Source: Podarcis tiliguerta
Taxonomy: Eukaryota
Reading direction: 5' to 3' (one strand)
NCBI GenBank assembly: GCA_965153285.1
Contig: OZ229115.1
Length of the DNA: 64,000 nucleotides
Shown: piece after piece, positions 23,786 through 36,946 of the stretch
Layout of the letters: each line of letters starts with the position of its first letter
Numbering within the stretch: position 1 is the stretch's first letter
The notes under the pieces: generated by a model
Told to the model about the DNA's origin: nothing
The model's input: only the letters and a program-made list of their open reading frames with translations
The model's database searches: none
Made by a program: the position numbers and the translations under genes

Positions 23786-25481
23786 TTATTACAATAATAT
23801 AAAAATATAAGCAGTGGTAACCTGTTTGTACACATCCCTAAGATGGCAGTTAGGCCAAAGTGCACACAATATATGTATTTACCACTCTCCATAGAACCTA
23901 ATAATGAAGCTGAACCCAAGACAGTTAGGAACTCAAGCTTGGATATTTTATTTCTGGAAGAATTTCTCACTGGGTTTATCTAACTCTAACTCTTATCCAG
24001 CTAGGTTTATCTAACCCACTAGGCCTGATCCTTTTAATCTTTTCCATTATGTACCTCAGTTGTCACAGGTAAAAGAAAGGACTTCTAAAGAATGACAGGG
24101 ATATGTACACCTGCAGAGTATTTATGATCCTGGATGGCTGATAACCTTTGCAGGTGTGGCTTTGGGCCCCCTTTTTTAGGTAGTCCCCAACATTAATCCT
24201 CAAGGAATTTAAGACTTAAAAGACAATCATGTTCCTTTGGGAACTAAGTTAAATAAGCACAGAAGAAGTGGTCTATTCACCTGCAATACATTCTGAGTGC
24301 TGGAGCAAACAGCAATGGGCAATTCACTAACTGATAACACATAGTGACTGAAGTATCTGTTTTCCAAGAATCTTAAATCAGCATGAGGCATGTGAAGGGT
24401 GCCTTCGATGAGCACCAAAGACAGGATTTGCGGGGGGGAGGGGGGAATTGTGGAAAATATTGCTATGGTTAATTATTATTGTCTGCTATTGTCAGAGTTA
24501 GAGCATAGCACCTCCCCAGCTAATACAACACTTATTCTTAACAATAAAACTATAAATTGTATGACTTGTTAATTAATGTTGCATTTGTTATTATTAAGTC
24601 TCTTGGGCTATGATGATGAGCCCTAGCAGATATTTAACTTCAGCTTTCAAGCAGAATGAAGCTCAACGCTTCCATACCAGAAGAGACAGTCATAGTCTAC
24701 TAAGACCTATAATGAATCGCAGAGGAGAATTCAAAAGGAAGTACTTTAACTGAGAATTTACATTTCTGCAGCTGTTTAATGGTTTTTGGAAAGGACACGC
24801 TTAAGAGTCACTGTTCCACAATTTAGACTATTTGAAAATGTACACATGGAAATAATATGCACAGTCCCTTTATGGCTCACTTGTTGTCATAGGAAGTAAC
24901 TATGTTGAAAGCGTTCCAAAATACCAACATCTGCCCATCCAAAAAGACTCTCCTTTCAGGAGAGACTAAGAACAGAATACAGTGTCACCACCAAAAATGG
25001 TATTCCTATTATCTTAAGTTAGTACACGTGGTTATGTGTCCCACTACATGTCATTGGCAGAAAGATGTCCACCTTAATGACACCAAATATAACCAGTAAG
25101 TTATATCAGCACTCCACACAGGGCTGCCACTCTTGCCTTATATAGCTCCATCTTCATTCAAAAACATCTATACGAAATACCCCATGCTTAAGTTTTCCAG
25201 AAAAGAAAAACATTTTAGTTTTGCAAATCACTTTTTGATAAATGTGTTTTTCTTGAAGCTTGGATCTGCGTAGGTCACATGGATACTTCAGAAAACGTTT
25301 TATGGGTGCTCCTGTTCAAGATGACCAATCCAGAAACAGTGTGCAGTAGCCCAAGTACTGACTTCTTAAATATCTAAGATAGGTTTCTAGATCTATCATG
25401 TTCCTTGACTTCAATAAAACATTCAAAGTGTGGCAATTAAAAGCCCTGGCACCTTCTTCCCTAGTGGCCTTTAAATTCGCA

Positions 25482-26005
25482 TCTAACTAAATATAATGTA
25501 TGTTGGGAAATGGTTTGTCTGTTTGTGCTCTATGTGTTTGGGTGACTGTCAGGTTATCATAACCAAACTCAGCATAGGGATTTCCGAGGCATGGGTGGTG
25601 GACTTCAATGTCATATGGACGCCAGGCACCATGCTGAATCAATATTTTGGAGTGAAATGTCACTTTGGCGTGACTTCACCTGTTTTCTGGCATAGGTTCA
25701 GCTGCCGAATTTGGCATGAACTGATATGGGGAGTGCCAGGTGCCATTCTGAATCAAGATGGTAGACCAAACATTACCTGTGTGTAACTTGACCTGATTTT
25801 TGACATTATCGCTACTATTATTATTTATTGAATTTATACTCTGCCCTTCATCACGAAATCTCAGGGTGGTTCACAGAATAAAATACAAGATAATAACACA
25901 TTACCTGACAGGTCAAAATCCACAAATTATATTATCCCTTTAAAAATCACAACTCTGAGGCTTCTAAGAATACCCTGGCAGCACTGGGCACTAAGTCCCT
26001 GCTAG
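25482..26005 (+). mobile_element. Probable decayed non-autonomous Helitron (with a short L2 tail at ~25815-25900)
   Basis: 5' A|TCTAACTAAATATAA...GTTTGTCTGTTTGT; 3' ACCCTGGCAGCACTGGG degenerate hairpin, then CTAG; no TIR or TSD. Confidence 0.5.
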
Positions 26006-26012
26006 CATTCAA

Positions 26013-26242
26013 TACAGTGGTACCTCGGGTTACATACGCTTCAGGTTACAGACTCCGCTAACCCAGAAATAGTGCTTCAGATTAAGAACTTTGCTTCAGG
26101 ATGAGAACAGAAATTGTGCTCTGGCGGTGCGGCGGCAGCAGGAGGCCCCATTGGCTAAAGTGGTGCTTCAGGTTAAGAACAGTTTCAGGTTAAGAACGGA
26201 CCTCCGGAATGAATTAAGTACTTAACCCAAGGTACCACTGTA
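26013..26242 (+). mobile_element. MITE family B
   Basis: TIRs and TA TSD; one copy of the internal 16-mer. Confidence 0.93.
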
Positions 26243-28218
26243 TTTGTCAAAACTTTTCTAATTGTACAATCGTTCTGTACCGTACCAGCTCTCATGAGTC
26301 AAATCCTACTTTTCTAGATCTAAGACACAACAAATGAAACCTCGCTGCCAGATTCTCTCTCTTTCCTTGTACACTAAGTGCTTGAAATATCCAGAAGTCA
26401 CTAGTGTAAACAACTGTATTATGTAGGCTTCTCAAAGGTCAGATAGTTATATGTTTAAGAGGACTCCCTCCAGGTCTGCCTGTTTAAACTTGCACTCTCT
26501 AAAAAGCCCAATGGTAAGTCATTGTCAAGCACTTATGTAAAACCTTCTATTATGGAAAGCCAGCTGAATTCACATTTTGTTTTCTTCTGAAATCTGCTGA
26601 CTGACCCCCAATGACACCACCTCTGTTACAGAATATCTGAACCACACCCTTGCCAGCTGAAAACCAGGTCAGCTACACAGAGTTCTGGTCCTAAAGTTGT
26701 CTGGTAGGAAAAAAATATTTTTTCTGAGAGACTGTGATGATCATTGTGTTGTAATTTTACACATTACGTTGAAGTGAGTAAGATCTGTAAACTCCTTCCA
26801 AAATGTCATCTTTGGAAAGAAGTCCTAAACCAGGAATGGCTTCTTATGCTGTTTGCTCATAGTTTCTCAGTTCATTATTCACAATTTTCCTTCACGTTGT
26901 TCAGAGGATAGCTATCGCTACGGAAAATTACGCAAGTTATATTGTTTAGTGGTAAAACTCCTGGAGTCAGCTTTCCCCCCCTGCCACGCTGAACAATATA
27001 ACTTACTCTGAGAAATCATATCTCAATAAAAAAGGTGCCACAATACAACAATTACTCGGTCAGAAACTTGTTAAATGATCCATATCAGCGCTGCAACTGC
27101 TGACAACTGAGGTCTACATCTCGCATAACAGAGTTTGTTTTGAGACAAAGTTAATGCTGGCTTGGATTTATTCTCAAAAGTGATTAGTTCTTAGCGCTTG
27201 TTCAGATATTACCTGGCTCTCCAAGATGAGAAGTGTGCAATCTTGTTTTATGCTTCCTCCATGGGGGTGGGTGAGAAGAAAGTAACACATTCAAACAAAC
27301 ACAGGATGCCTGTATTTAAACAAAACACAGAACCTTCCAGCTGACCTGTAACTTTCTTTCCAGAATGAGTCAGAGAAGGGATTATAAAGGACCACTGAAC
27401 TCCACTCTCAATTTTACCTCCAGGCAGAATATTGGGGGTCGGTATTTTGAACATGCCTTTAACATCTTAGCCACAATATGGTGAAAACTGAAAATCATCA
27501 TTGCCCTTAATGCTGACTGAGAAATTCATAACCTATTTACACATGCTAATCTTCTTAATACCAATGTCAAGAGTGAAGAGAAAACACCCTTTGAATCACC
27601 TGTGGGAATTACAGCGCTTACAATAGAGTTTAAGAATCTGTTATGTCAATTTTAATGTTGTTTTTCCTCCCTAAGCGGCAAAGAAGCTTTACTAGCTGGG
27701 AATAAGAGCAAATGCACCAATTCCTGAGCGGTCTGAAAGTTAAAATAAAAAGTGAGCAACAAAATCATTTTTAAAAAATAAACTGCAAAAATGTTGATGT
27801 AAACTCTGCTAAAAGGGGCTGCAAATGGTCAAAATATCACATTCATCAACCCATTGTACTAATAAAAGCTGGTATGTTTGTAAATCCCAGTCAAGCATTT
27901 AATACAATCTTTGGTTCAAGGAATTAGAAGTGCCGCTTTCACACTTGCAGAGCTCCACTTCTTCTCTTTCCTCCAGCAAAAAATAAAAATAAAAAATTGG
28001 CAGAGTTATTTCAGTGTTTCTTTTCTCCTCCCGAAGTAGCCTTGAGTTCTGCTTTACTGGGCTGAGGTGTTGTTCTCTGTGCCACAGTTAGCACTGCTGC
28101 ACTTACAGCATATAAAAGAGAAAGAAGAAAATTGGCAGAGGCATATTGGATAATCTTTCGTAATATAGTGACCTATGCAAGGACAAAATTTGGCGCCCCC
28201 CAAATGCATCTTCTTAAT

Positions 28219-28464
28219 TACAGTGGTACCTTGGGTTACATACGCTTCAGGTTACATACGCTTCAGGTTACAGACTCCGCTAACCCAGAAATAGTGCTTC
28301 AGGTTAAGAACTTTGCTTCAGGATGAGAACAGAAATCATGCTCCGGCGGCACGGCAGCAGCAGGAGGCCCCATTAGCTAAAGTGGTGCTTCAGGTTAAGA
28401 ACAGTTTCAGGTTAAGAACGGATCTCCAGAACGAATTAAGTTCTTAACCTGAGGTACCACTGTA
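28219..28464 (+). mobile_element. MITE family B
   Basis: TIRs and TA TSD. Confidence 0.93.
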
Positions 28465-29282
28465 TGGATCTTCTCAATTTTGCACCCCCCTCGGCTCAGC
28501 ACCCTGAGTGGGAGAACTACTACCCTCCTGGCCCTAAATCAGCTGTTTCTGTACCAGCTGCTAAGCAGTTTGAGGTGGGGAGATTTAACCCCTGCAGCTC
28601 AGTTAGTTGGGAAGAAGCTGAGCAATGGCGAAGTGGGAATGCACACACACAGCCTGACCAAGGAGTGAGTTTCAGTGGGTGTGGAAGGCCTTTGCCAAGC
28701 TTGCATGCTTTTCTGTTCCTCCCTCTCTCTCACCCCACTGCTTGGTTGGGGAAGCTAGAAGAGATTCTGATTTGCATTTCCAGCAAGCTAAGGGGAATCT
28801 GTCAGAGCAGTTCTGGACATGTTAATTCTTCTGTCTGCACCACTAGCCCTAGTAATGCAAAGGTATTTCCCCAAGTATGACTCTGCTTATGCTGAGTCAT
28901 TTGAAATGCTGCAGTCCTTCTCACCTCCCCTGCCCACACACCCCAACGACATCCCTCCATCTCACCCACAAAATTTTGCACAGCCCTAACCAGCATTCCT
29001 ATGTTTAGCAGTTTCCTTTCCAACAGCTGGTGCCTTCCCTCGTTGCTCGGCTTTGCTTGCAAACTTACTAGGGATATTTCTGGCATTTCTACTTTTTGAA
29101 CAATTACGTTTCCAAAATATCTTGCAGACTTCCTTGTCTGCAGCAACAGAAGTTGCAGGAAACTAGCAAGGAAAATAGAAGTTGAAGCACCCAAGTTTAG
29201 CAACAGGGGCAAGGAAGCCAGGGCAGTAATCGCACCACCTCTTACAAACCCCAGCTTTCCAACAGGAACAAGCTCAGCAACA

Positions 29283-29547
29283 TACCGTACTTTTCGCTCT
29301 ATAAGACGCACCAGACCACAAGACGCACCTAGTTTTCGGAGGAGGAAAACAAGAAAAAAAATATATTCTGAATCTCAGAAGCCAGAACAGCAAGAGGGAT
29401 CGCTGCACAGTGAAAGCAGCAATCCCTCTTGCTGTTCTGGCTTCTGGGATAGCTGCGCAGCCTGCATTCGCTCCATAAGACGCACACACATTTTCCCTTA
29501 CTTTTTAGGAGGGAAAAAGTGAGTCTTATAGAGCAAAAAATACGGTA
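29283..29547 (-). mobile_element. Tc2/pogo-like MITE (family D, short subfamily)
   Basis: Nearly identical to 21992-22254; TA TSD. Confidence 0.92.
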
Positions 29548-29732
29548 AATTAAAACCAAAAGCAGAAAGCAAATTGTGACCAAAATGATTGGGGAAGTTG
29601 ACGCAACCAAGGAAAATAAAAATGTTTGGGGGCTTTTTTGCCGAGAGAAAAAAAAGGATGAGTAAGGAAAGGCGTAACAGATTTATTTATAACATTATGC
29701 ATGTTGTGAAGAAAGCTGATAAAAAATACCAC

Positions 29733-30410
29733 TCATTGTAACTGAATGGTAGGATATTCAAGACAGATTAAAAAGAAGCGCTTTCTTTACACACAGCACG
29801 TAGTTAAAGTGTAGAATTTGTTTCCGATAAGATGAAGAGACGGCTGCAAGTTTAGATGGCTTTAAAAGGGAACCAATATAAATTCATGGAGAATAAGGCT
29901 ATTGAAGTGCTACATTCAGGATCAGAGGTAATATTTCACTGAACACAAGTTGCTGGGAGACCACAAAGGGACAGGGCCATGGCTCTAATGTGCTGCTTGA
30001 GGTCTTCCCATAGCCAACTGATTGTGAGCTCTGAGAGCAGGATGAGGAACTACGGGAGTCCATGAGTAGGCAAACTAAGGCCCGGGGGCCGGGGCCGGCC
30101 CAATCGCCTTCTAAATCCAGCCTGCGGATGGTCTCGGAATCAGCGTGTTTTTACATGAGTAGAATGTGCCCTTTTATTTAAAATGCATCTCTGGGCTATT
30201 TGTGGAGCCTGCCTGGTGTTTTTACATAAGTAGAATGTGTGCTTTTATTTAAAATGCATCTCTGGGTTATTTGTGGGGCATAGGAATTTGTTCATTCCCC
30301 CCCCCCCATATAGTCCGGCCCCCCACAAGGTCTGAAGGACAGTGGACTGGCCCCCTGCTGAAAAAGTCTGCTGACCCCTGATAGTCCAATACAGCAGCTT
30401 TTCTTACATC
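29733..30410 (+). mobile_element. Old CR1 LINE 3' end interrupted by a hAT MITE
   Basis: CR1-typical ttcaagacagat..aaaag..ttctttacaca..gtagttaaa..ttagatggctttaaaaggg..aaattcatggag; resumes after 30380. Confidence 0.72.
30061..30380 (-). mobile_element. hAT (Charlie-like) MITE with an internal ~60-bp duplication
   Basis: catgagtaggcaaact ... agtctgctgacccctg ends; same family as 53374-53626; TSD unclear. Confidence 0.87.
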
Positions 30411-31158
30411 CTCTTTTTTTTAAAAGAACCCTATCTGCACTTTTATTCCCAACATCAAAGTAGCTGACAGCAGCATTTCTTAATTAGAACTGCATCACTG
30501 AGGGTGAAGCCCCGTTAAGCAAAGAAAAGTAAATAACAACTGAAAGAAAAGTAAATGACAATCTATACTGTATGATGTAACATTCTCTTCAGCTACTGTC
30601 ATACTACTCAGAAGCAAAGTTCTGTACTTTATACAGCCTTGTATGATCACCTTGTATTGTTTTCATAACACTAGTTGTTATGAAAAAGGCTTTATATGCT
30701 TTATATGCATCTAAAGACATGCCCAGATAGGGCAGTCAAGCAAGCGTACTGATTTACTAACTTTTTCACAGCAAGGACAGTCTGTTGTAGAAATCGGAAC
30801 AATATGTTAAGCATATTTAGTAGACAATGAAAAGACTAACCCACGTTGGCAGCTGTCAAATTCTGAATTGTTTGTTGAACAAGATTTTCCAGGGTTTAGC
30901 TGAAACTGAAATAAATTACTAAAGCTAGTCATCTATTTGTCAGCTATATTTCATATAGCTTCCGTTCATGAAACTATCCATTAGTAGGTATCACGGAGCA
31001 CAGAATTATATAAGACAGTCTGGAAGATGTGTCCAAAACTTTACCAGCCTACTGGTCTATTATATATCTGGACAGAAAAGGGATGTTTGAGGGGTGGATC
31101 TTAGCAAGTGGCTCACTTGAAGGAACTATTATTTGGTCCATCTGGGTTCCATTCAGAT

Positions 31159-31377
31159 TACAGTGGTACCTCAGGTTAAGTAATTAATTCGTTCTGGAGG
31201 TCCGTTCTTAACCTGAAACTCTTCTTAACCTGAAGCACCACTTTAGCTAATGGGGCCTCCCGCTGCCGCCACACAATATCTGTCCTCATCCTTAGGCAAA
31301 GTTCTTAACCCGAGGTACTATTTCTGGGTTAGCAGAGTATGTAACCTGAAGCGTCTGTAACCTGAGGTACCACTGTA
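31159..31377 (-). mobile_element. MITE family B (reverse orientation)
   Basis: TIRs and TA TSD. Confidence 0.92.
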
Positions 31378-31462
31378 TATACAATCCTACTTTGGAGCAA
31401 ACATAACTGAAAAATTTAGCGTCACTCACTATTCCATGACACTTTCCAAGAGAGATAAACTC

Positions 31463-31613
31463 ACAGCACCATCTTAGGTATGTCTACTCAGACGTCAGTT
31501 CCACTGAGTTAAGCAGGACTTACAGTGTAAGCCGAACCATGTCTACTCAGAAGTAAGACCTACAGAATTCAATGGGGCCTACTCATGAGTAAATGGATTA
31601 GTATTGCAGCCTT
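31463..31613. mobile_element. Two adjacent copies of a short palindromic squamate MITE
   Basis: atgtctactcaga..cc.ctga.tt.aatggg.cttact..attgcagcc motif twice; related decayed copies at ~4632, ~6680, ~7200 and ~52130. Confidence 0.55.
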
Positions 31614-31910
31614 AAAAGTACCCCTGACCATTAGGTCTAGTCACGGACAACTCTGGCGTTGTGGCGCTCATCTCGCTCTATAGGCCAAGGGAGCCGGCGT
31701 TTGTCCACAGACAGCTTCTGGGTCATGTGACCAGCAAGACTAAGCCGCTTCTGGCGAACCAGAGCAGCGCACGGAAACACCGTTTACTTTCCCGCCAGAG
31801 CGGTACCTGTTTATCTACTTGCACTTTGACGTGCTTTCGAAATGCTAGGTGGGCAGGAGCAATGGGAGCTCACCCCGTCGTGGGGATTCGAACCGCCGAC
31901 CTTCTGATCA
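31614..31910 (-). mobile_element. Sauria SINE, head truncated
   Basis: Colinear with 36083-36437. Confidence 0.88.
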
Positions 31911-32593
31911 ATTTGACATCATGACTGCAAGTGCCTACATAAATATTAGAGGCGTCCCCACGTTATTGTAAATTAATGACCCCCCTCAAAAAAGAGACTT
32001 ACAAAGCAATCCAGAAGTGTTAAACTCATTTTTATCCCAGTGGTTAGGGACAGGGTGGGTCACTTTAACAGCTGCAATGGTATTAGTCACGTTAATGGTG
32101 TTCTATCCTCCCTGGGCCACAAAGTTAAGTAAGTGCCTTGTATTTCTTTGTCTCTGGGACTAAATACAGCAATACATCTTCCACATTCCTTAGACTGCTG
32201 ATTTTAAAGCATTTAGTAAGCCTTAAGAAAAGAAAAATTCAGTAAGTTTGCTCTCCCAACTCCACTTGAGCATGGTCTCTTAACTTGAAAAAATAAAACT
32301 CTTTAGAATGGATTTGGGTGGGAACCTCATTTTTCCATCCTAAAAAAGCAATGGCTTTATATGCAATGCATATAACAGTGTGGTGTGTTGTGAGTTGTGT
32401 GTGTGAGAGTTTGAATTCACTTAGTTTCACATCCCACTGGGTGGCCTTATCTGAGCCTTACCCAGATAGATGTTGCAAACCATTTCATGCCTGAAGTTCT
32501 AGGCACACAAGCAGAATATTACTACATTATACTGGCCTGCCTGGAGATACTCCCATCATAATCTATAGGTGGAGTGAGGAGTACAATAGGCAG

Positions 32594-32596
<3 letters not shown>

Positions 32597-32628
<32 letters not shown>
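32597..32628. repeat. (GT)n microsatellite
   Basis: Direct reading. Confidence 0.95.
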
Positions 32629-32630
<2 letters not shown>

Positions 32631-35150
32631 ACACACTAACGAAGCTACCATGTGGTGCAACCAGGCAATACCATTTCTCCATATTGGCCTAAATGACTCC
32701 AGCTGCTGCTATTTTCACCCCAGAGCTGCAGTGCTGTTGAAGTTGCTTAATATATCAAGAGTAGAGCAGAGCAGACATGTAGCCCAACTCCTCCTGTGTC
32801 TTACATCAGGCTTTGAAACTTGTAACCCACCAAGCTAGTGAATCACTGCAGTCAATGTAAGCCAGCCTCCTAAGGTCACAAAAGCATTATTATTATTATT
32901 ATGGCTGCTCATGTAATATTGCAAAAAGTTATACCAATCAAGCATGTATTTTATAGCCAGATGTCTTAGCTGGCTTCTTTAACTGTAGTCCTACCCATCT
33001 CTTTCCCAACCAGTCTCACCCACAAGCACATGGTAGGCTAGCAGGCTTCTGACCCACCGGGCCAAATGATTACCCATCTTAGATCCCCCACTCCACCCCA
33101 GTTTGGACATCAATAGCTATGTCTAACATGGGTGACATGTGGTTTCGTTAATAGTCCCAAGGATCTCTTTCTTTCTTCATTCTTCAAAAAAGCAAAGTGG
33201 GGAAATACTGTTACCAAAATCAACATCCACCCAGAGACTATAAACAGCTCCTTAAAATATAAGTTAAGATTATGCTTTGGACTAGAAACAGAAACATGAC
33301 ATTAACTTCCTTACCTGTCCCGTATCCAACTGGAGTGCTAAAGTGTAATCATTCACTCCTATCCATAATTTAAGGAGATTCAAGCACCTTTCCTTAAACT
33401 ACAACAAATTAATAATAATCACATTAATATATAAAGTGATGTGATTAAAACGGATACCAGGTACAGAACTAAAAACTGGCCAACTGTTGAACAGGGTACC
33501 TGACCAGGAGTACGTGGAGACCAGGGCTATGCTTCCTCAAATTTAACTTGGTGCTATATCTTGAAACCTGGTGGACACAATTGATACAGGGTTAATTTCC
33601 CATCCAACAGATTTCAGTAATATGTGGGAGACTTCTAATGCTCAGGGTTAACTATCAGTTTTTCCATTTTATCTAAATGTGTTAAGACTTTCCTGGTTCA
33701 CAGTGGGAGCTCTCATCTGCCTCTCTTTGGCAGCCCATCTTAACATTGTTTTGGAAGATGTCTGCAAGTTTGACAGAGAAGGAAGTGGTACGTTAATCCA
33801 CGCTGAGCAAATTTGTATCGATCATGTATTTTGAACAGTAGATCTATTTCTTAATGGGGAGCTAAGTCAGCATACATAACGCTTGAACCAGAAGTTCCGT
33901 TTAATATTTAATCAACTGCTGTGATATTAACTATGCTGCCACCAATTAAACCCAACAACAACAACTGTAGGATGAGTTGCTTACATTTAACGTATTTGTA
34001 CAATTGATTAAAACAGGCTTAAGCTTGTTGAACACAGACGGTGTTCTAGTCAAAGATTTATTAATAGCACAACGTAAAACTCTGTAGACTCAAACAGACG
34101 AGCTACATACACACACACACAAATACAAATACATGTGTGCTTCCCATTTTCATACATTTGTCCCCAAGGCACAGAGAGGATTTCCCTGGCTCATAGAACA
34201 GACTAAAGGAGCCTACAAGCACAGAGGCTGTGTGTGCTCATGCAGCCAATATGTCCATTTTTGAATGTGGTCTTTAAGCGCACAGTGACAAATAAACTCA
34301 AACCCAGGAAATGCATGCCCTGAAATTACCGGTGCCGGCAGGACCATCTCAGGATAGGCTTTGCTTTGCCGGAGACACATTTACACCTCCATTAAAAGGA
34401 CTCCCAAGACCAATATTCTCTTCCTCTTACATTGCCCTCTCCCACTGAGCAGCAGACAGCTGTATATTGTAGCTGTAGCTGCTGATCTCTTTGCCTTTTC
34501 TGCTCAGTAATGTGGGCGCAATCAGCATGCAGCACTGTGCTCAACTACTGGTGATAGAACTTCCCAGGATTGTGGACCTAGCTGTCAGTGTAAATTGCGG
34601 TTTCTGCAGCTATTGCAATGATGTAGACTCCGCTGCTGGCTGAACAGCCCTGTTACTACATTATGCCAGCATCAAAACAGGGTAGCAGCTGCCAAGAGTA
34701 CAAAGACCGTAGAGTTAGTCTTATTACTTATGTAATAGTTAATGCTATAAATATGTTCGAGAGTGCTTTATATATCTATAATTTAGTTATCAATGGCCTC
34801 CTCTATTAGCAGTTGGCAATTTGCCTCACAATGGTGGAAACATGCAAATCCATTAGAGTTTGAATGGCGCATTCACGAAGCATTATTTGTTGCGCCCAAA
34901 CCTCTGCCACATTCCCTCTCTCTTCAGCAAATATCAGATAAGCATAAGTGTTAAAGAGCAAATACTATGTACCAGAAAATAAACCAGTTTATTGAAACAG
35001 ACAATATTTTCAATGGCTGATGTTTTACAATGTGTCTTTTACGAGAGTATCATACAAAGGAAGTGTTTGATTCATGGAACAATAATACCCAGTGTGATTT
35101 CACAGCATACAAAACAAGAGCAATGTTTGAGAACAGAGATCCAAGGGTCT

Positions 35151-35398
35151 GAAGAAGAAGAAGAGTTTGGATTTGATATCCCGCCTTTCACTCCCCTTCA
35201 GGAGTCTCAAAGCAGCTAACATTCTCCTTTCCCTTCCTCCCCCACAACAAACACTCTGTGAGGTGAGTGGGGCTGAGAGACTTCAGAGAAGTGTGACTGG
35301 CCCAAGGTCACCCAGCAGCTGCATGTGGAGGAGCGGGGAATCGAACCCAGTTCCCCAGATTACGAGACTACCGCTCTTAACCACTACACCACACTGGC
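35151..35398 (-). mobile_element. Squam3-type SINE (tRNA head, CORE, L2-type tail, (CTT)n)
   Basis: Minus strand GCCAGTGTGGTGTAGTGGTTAAGAG (A box), GGTTCGATTCCC (B box), GTGACCTTGGGC core, and a (CTT)n tail. Confidence 0.88.
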
Positions 35399-36082
35399 TT
35401 TCATATGTCTTTCATATGTTGGACTCGAACTCCCATCAGTCCCAATCAGCATAGCCAACAGTCAGAGAGATGGATTTGCAATCCAATAGCATCTGGAGGA
35501 CTGCAGATTCCACACCCGTTTCAGAGTTATGGAAAATCTATGCATTTGACAAAACGTCTTTCATTTACCAAACTTATTTTTATTGAGGTACCATTTTGGT
35601 GATTGGAAATGTGAGGAGCCCTGTGCCTAATACTGCTGTTTGACAGCCTTCATTTCATCAAGGATCACCCAGCTGCTGCTGAGCAACACTTATTATAGAC
35701 GGAACTACAGCCAAGATCAGCCAAGATTCTGTACTTTGGGGAACCAATTGCACTGGGCAACAAAAGTCAGTACGGAGGGTGCGCATTTAATTATACCCTT
35801 CTGTTTCCCCCACCCCCCCACCCCTCCTTTTCAAGATTTTATAGAGCTGGAAAAAATGACAATTGCCCGAAAGGATGAGTACACAAACTTTCTGCCAAGG
35901 CACCAAACAGAGCTCACTAATAAACAGCATGTGACGCTGTAAAAATCTGGTGCCATTCAAATGTTTTGGACTATAATTCCCATTAGCCCCAGCCAGTGTG
36001 AACAGCATGGGCTATATATGCCTGCAGCTTACTGCAGAGCTCAGAAGGCGGAAACTTTGGTGACTGAAACTGGATAAAGGGT

Positions 36083-36437
36083 AGGTAAAGGTAAAGGGAC
36101 CCCTGACCATTAGGTCCAGTCATGGCCGACTCTGGGGTTGCGGCGCTCATCTCGCTTTATTGGCCGAGGGAGCCAGCGTACAGCTTCCGAGTCATGTGGC
36201 CAACATGACTAAGCCGCTTCTGGCGAACCAGAGCAGCACATGGAAATGGCGTTTACCTTCCCGCCGGAGCGGTACCTATTTATCTACTTGCACTTTGACG
36301 TGCTTTCGAACTGCTAGGTTGGCAGGAGCAGGGACCGAGCAACGGGAGCTCACCCCATCGCGGGGATTCGAACGGCTGACCTTCTGATAGGCAAGCCCTA
36401 GGCTCTGTGGTTTAACCCACAGCGCCACCCGCGTCCC
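36083..36437 (-). mobile_element. Full-length Sauria SINE (Squam1)
   Basis: Minus strand GGGACGCGGGTGGCGCTGTGGGTTAAACC...GTTCGAATCCCC...(ACCTTT)n. Confidence 0.93.
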
Positions 36438-36577
36438 TATGCACTAAAAGACAGCATTCTGTACAAACATTAAGAGAACACTGCAAACTCAAGTAACCAG
36501 GGTATCTCCCATGTCTCACTCTCTCTGAAGTGTATGCCGTCTTCACTAAACTGCAGTGGCGGAACAATCCTTTCTCA

Positions 36578-36720
36578 CTGGGATGGATAGCTCTGCTGAG
36601 ATTGAGACTCAGAGAGTCATGGGTTCGAGCCCCACACTGGGCAAAAGATTCCTCTGTTGCAGGGGGTTGGACTTGATGATCCTTGTGGTCCCTTCCACCT
36701 CTATAATTCTATGATTCTAA
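36578..36720 (+). mobile_element. tRNA-derived SINE with CR1-type tail (Squam2-like)
   Basis: tagctc..g (A box), ggttcgagcccc (B box), then ggacttgatgatcc..ggtcccttcca..ttctatgattcta; related copies at 39105-39260 (+), 42820-42935 (+) and 56838-56907 (-). Confidence 0.7.
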
Positions 36721-36909
36721 CAGCTAGTACCAATGTCTCCCACAGAGATGGTGCAAGGGTAAACATGCACGGTGCAGAAGAAGGGGAGGGGAGGGGAAGG
36801 GAAGGGAAGCTGATGGACACGGAACCTTATAAGCAGGTAATGTGCACACACTCTATTCCCAGCACTGCTACTGCTGGCCACATACTCACAACTGCAGAAT
36901 CAAAGCCTG

Positions 36910-36910
<1 letters not shown>

Positions 36911-36946
<36 letters not shown>

